DNA from: Candidatus Latescibacterota bacterium
GTDB lineage: Bacteria > Latescibacterota > UBA2968 > GCA-2709665
Direction of reading: 5' to 3'
NCBI GenBank assembly: GCA_965222075.1
Contig: OZ244937.1
Coordinates: 736,001-800,000, forward strand
DNA: 64,000 nt
Part shown: one piece after another, positions 61,529-64,000 of the stretch
Numbering within the stretch: position 1 is the stretch's first letter
Layout: each line of letters opens with the position of its first letter
Notes under the pieces: generated by a model
Seen by the model: the letters and a program-made list of their open reading frames with translations, nothing else
Database searches by the model: none
What the model was told of the DNA's origin: nothing
Program-made: the position numbers and the translations under genes

Positions 61529-62256
61529 AGGTACGACGCTTATGGTTTGTGATTCTGCTGTGGTCCACCAGCGCCGGGGCCGGGGACCTGGAGTTGACGG
61601 CGCCTTTGGAGCCGGCGCGGTCGGCGGATGTCTACGCCAGGATGACCGGGCAGGTTGAACGCATTGCGGTATTGGAGGGAGACCGGGTGGCCGCTGGCGA
61701 TACCCTGGCCCTGCTGGAGGAGGGCATACTGCGCCTGGCCGAAGCAGCAGCGGGGGTGGCCTGCCGGAAGGCGCGGGGGAGGCTGGAGCGGGCCGAGCAG
61801 ATGTGGACCAGAGGGCTGATCAGTGTCCAGCAGGTAGAGTCGATCCGGTACGAAGCGGAGGCCGCGTGCATCCGCTGGGAGAAGGCGCGGTTTGTCCTGG
61901 CCAAAGCGGTCGTGCTGGCTCCGATGGGCGGCCTTGTTGCCAGGTGTGGGGTTCGGGTCGGGGATCTGACGTCTCCCCGGATGCTGCTGTTCCGGATTAT
62001 CGATCCGGAGGATCTGGTGGCGGACCTGTTCGTGCCGGCCGATCGGCTGGACCTGGTGGGGCCGGGCCAGGCGGTGACGGCCCGGTCGACCCTCTCGCCC
62101 GAACCGCTCCTTTCGGGCCGGGTTTTGAGGATCAGCCCGGTGATCGATGCGGAAAGCGGGACCTGCCGGGCGGTGGCGGCGTTTCCCGGGGCGGGAAAGT
62201 GGGTCCGACCCGGGACCCCGGTCCGGGTGGTGCTCACAAATAGGGCAGGGAAGTGA
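61525..62256 (+). CDS. RND-type periplasmic adaptor (membrane fusion protein), short
   Basis: Signal peptide; V.EGDRVAAGD.L, APMGG.V, I.PVIDAESGT; ATGA-type overlap with the upstream gene. Confidence 0.8.
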   Translation: MKVRRLWFVILLWSTSAGAGDLELTAPLEPARSADVYARMTGQVERIAVLEGDRVAAGDTLALLEEGILRLAEAAAGVACRKARGRLERAEQMWTRGLISVQQVESIRYEAEAACIRWEKARFVLAKAVVLAPMGGLVARCGVRVGDLTSPRMLLFRIIDPEDLVADLFVPADRLDLVGPGQAVTARSTLSPEPLLSGRVLRISPVIDAESGTCRAVAAFPGAGKWVRPGTPVRVVLTNRAGK

Positions 62257-62338
62257 AGTCACTAAAACATAAAACAATCCTTCTTGTTAGCTGCTGGCCG
62301 ACGCAGATGAGGAAGTAGAAAATTAACAGACAGAACGG

Positions 62339-62842
62339 TCATCTGACCATGGTTCGAGCTAAGCAGTGAATGATTTCCTTCCCTGCTTCATAGGAAGAGA
62401 CAACTTCGGAATACGTAGCGGTGGAAGGGATCTGGCCTTGGTGGGCGAAGGCATTTCGCCATTGGATGATATTGTTGTATGACGACAACACGCTTACACC
62501 CTGTGAACGAAGGATTTGCCGTTCTGCCTGCTGCTCCTGCTTCTTGTAGCGAGATACATACTTATCACCGAACCGAGGGATGTGTGTATTCCGCAAATCT
62601 TTTGTTCCAATTCGACCGTTTAACCTCTCAAAATAAGACCTGGCATACTGCCCGAACACTTTGTGCTTCTTCTCACAGAAGTCTATGAATATTTCTTTCA
62701 CTGCCAGTTCGTAGACTGTAGTCGCTGCTACAGCCACAAAACCAACGTATCTGGATGTGATGAATGGATCTTTCAACGAATTAATAACCCCGTTGAGATG
62801 GATGAGCAAATCGTCTGCGAGCTTGAAATGGTCAGAGTACAT
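62339..62842 (-). CDS. HEPN-domain protein (putative RNase toxin)
   Basis: All-helical; YE in helix 2; RNAFAH matches the Rx4H motif. Confidence 0.8.
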   Translation of the reverse strand: MYSDHFKLADDLLIHLNGVINSLKDPFITSRYVGFVAVAATTVYELAVKEIFIDFCEKKHKVFGQYARSYFERLNGRIGTKDLRNTHIPRFGDKYVSRYKKQEQQAERQILRSQGVSVLSSYNNIIQWRNAFAHQGQIPSTATYSEVVSSYEAGKEIIHCLARTMVR

Positions 62843-62848
62843 ATCACA

Positions 62849-63922
62849 TCAGCGGACGAGACGATCTCTTGCTGTCGTGAATCGATCTTTGAGTAGCTGA
62901 GTGTTAGTTGTGCTACCTCGAGTACCAGCCAGGAAGGATTCGTCTTTTGTGAGTTGTGAGTACCGGTTCTTCAAATCCGGTGGCAGCGTGGCCAAGTTGT
63001 CCAGAAGTGTGCAAAACACTGCGTCAAGAACTGAAGCGTTGAGTGGTCCTCTCAGGTGGAAGGGCTTCTCACCAAGAGTCTCTACAATTACTTCACAGGT
63101 TTGGGTAAACAGACTAACGTACCGCGTAACACGGTTAGAATTTCCCCTTTGGTTTCGCTTCATAGCCTGGTTCAGATACTCTTTCATTGGCTTCTCGTAT
63201 GACTCCCATTTGCGGCTGAGTGCGAAGACCCGGAGTATCAGCTCGACATCGCGCTGATGCTTGTCGCGATCCTTTCGTCCCACTATCGATCGCCAGTTGG
63301 GATCCTCATTGAGCTTATGAAGCGTTTCCGCGAAGGCACCGCGAAACACGCAGTTTCGTATCTCCTGGGGTTTCAGGGCGGTCCCACCAGTGTTCAGCCT
63401 TTCAAATATGTGGTAGATGCTTGTGTTTTCGTCGGTGGGACTGAGTTGGCGAACGTTGATTGCCCGCAAGACCGAATTCTGAAGCTTCCTTCTGTCCGAG
63501 TCACTCAGGTCTACAAAGCGAAGGTTGTGGTATGGGCCTCTTTCATCGAGCCCTTTGAGCCTGAAGACTTGTTTGTGCTCCTGTGTGTTCTCCTCCCCAA
63601 AGTGCCCATCAATGAAATAAACGATGCTCAGAATGCGCTGCTGACCATCGATAACAAGATTTTTGTTCTGGTCATCGATGTAGAAGAAGACATTAGGAAC
63701 CGGAAGACCAAGCAAGAATGACTCAATGAGAAGAGAAGACTGCTCGATTTTCCATACAAAGGCACGTTGGAAAGGTGGGATCTCGATATCGCCCTTATGC
63801 CACATTTCGTGGATACCACCTAACGTGAAGTCTGAAGGATAAGTGGCTATGTCATACTCAACGGGTGTCTCTTCCTCCAGCTCTTCTTCGACTATTTCCA
63901 GTTCAACAAGCTCAGCAGCCAT
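62849..63922 (-). CDS. DUF262 (GmrS/ParB-like) protein
   Basis: PFQRAFVW, LIES.L.GLPVP, IDGQQR, IFERLN.GG..L. Confidence 0.9.
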   Translation of the reverse strand: MAAELVELEIVEEELEEETPVEYDIATYPSDFTLGGIHEMWHKGDIEIPPFQRAFVWKIEQSSLLIESFLLGLPVPNVFFYIDDQNKNLVIDGQQRILSIVYFIDGHFGEENTQEHKQVFRLKGLDERGPYHNLRFVDLSDSDRRKLQNSVLRAINVRQLSPTDENTSIYHIFERLNTGGTALKPQEIRNCVFRGAFAETLHKLNEDPNWRSIVGRKDRDKHQRDVELILRVFALSRKWESYEKPMKEYLNQAMKRNQRGNSNRVTRYVSLFTQTCEVIVETLGEKPFHLRGPLNASVLDAVFCTLLDNLATLPPDLKNRYSQLTKDESFLAGTRGSTTNTQLLKDRFTTARDRLVR

Positions 63923-64000
63923 CGGTCGTTTCCTCTATGCCGCCAATACGGTCCAGGTTGGTATATTTATTTTGCATTATTGTCCATTGAATTAGTGTTT

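Overview
Bacterial chromosomal window, GC-rich overall. SprA, the lptF/G layout and the LexA type point to an FCB-group candidate lineage such as Latescibacterota (inference only). The first ~35.5 kb is mostly core genes: nuoM/nuoN, an internally deleted leuS-like gene behind a Leu-rich leader peptide and terminator, lexA with a duplicated operator, a minus-strand run sprA-comEA-pilM-like-coaD-NYN-obgE-dprA, lptF/G, an M23 peptidase, an HD hydrolase, nth, tRNA-Arg/His, wecB with an apparent ATT start, a tetraheme cytochrome, and nrdR-nrdJ with NrdR boxes. From ~35.5 kb to the end the region is accessory and mosaic. It holds gene remnants, an unknown-ORF/PD-(D/E)XK pair, a damaged sigma54 two-component system, a run of small cassette-like genes, and three modular orphan solute-binding lipoproteins. 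It also holds a propeller/PDZ sensor kinase, a sigma54 promoter with 3x22-bp repeats driving an ATPase-YdjM hydrolase-MFP operon, and a DUF262+HEPN defence pair. Best candidates for new biology: (1) the HIGH-less LeuRS paralogue under apparent leucine attenuation, (2) the sigma54 ATPase/hydrolase/MFP operon, (3) SprA translationally coupled to ComEA. All calls come from reading motifs by eye; no searches were run.
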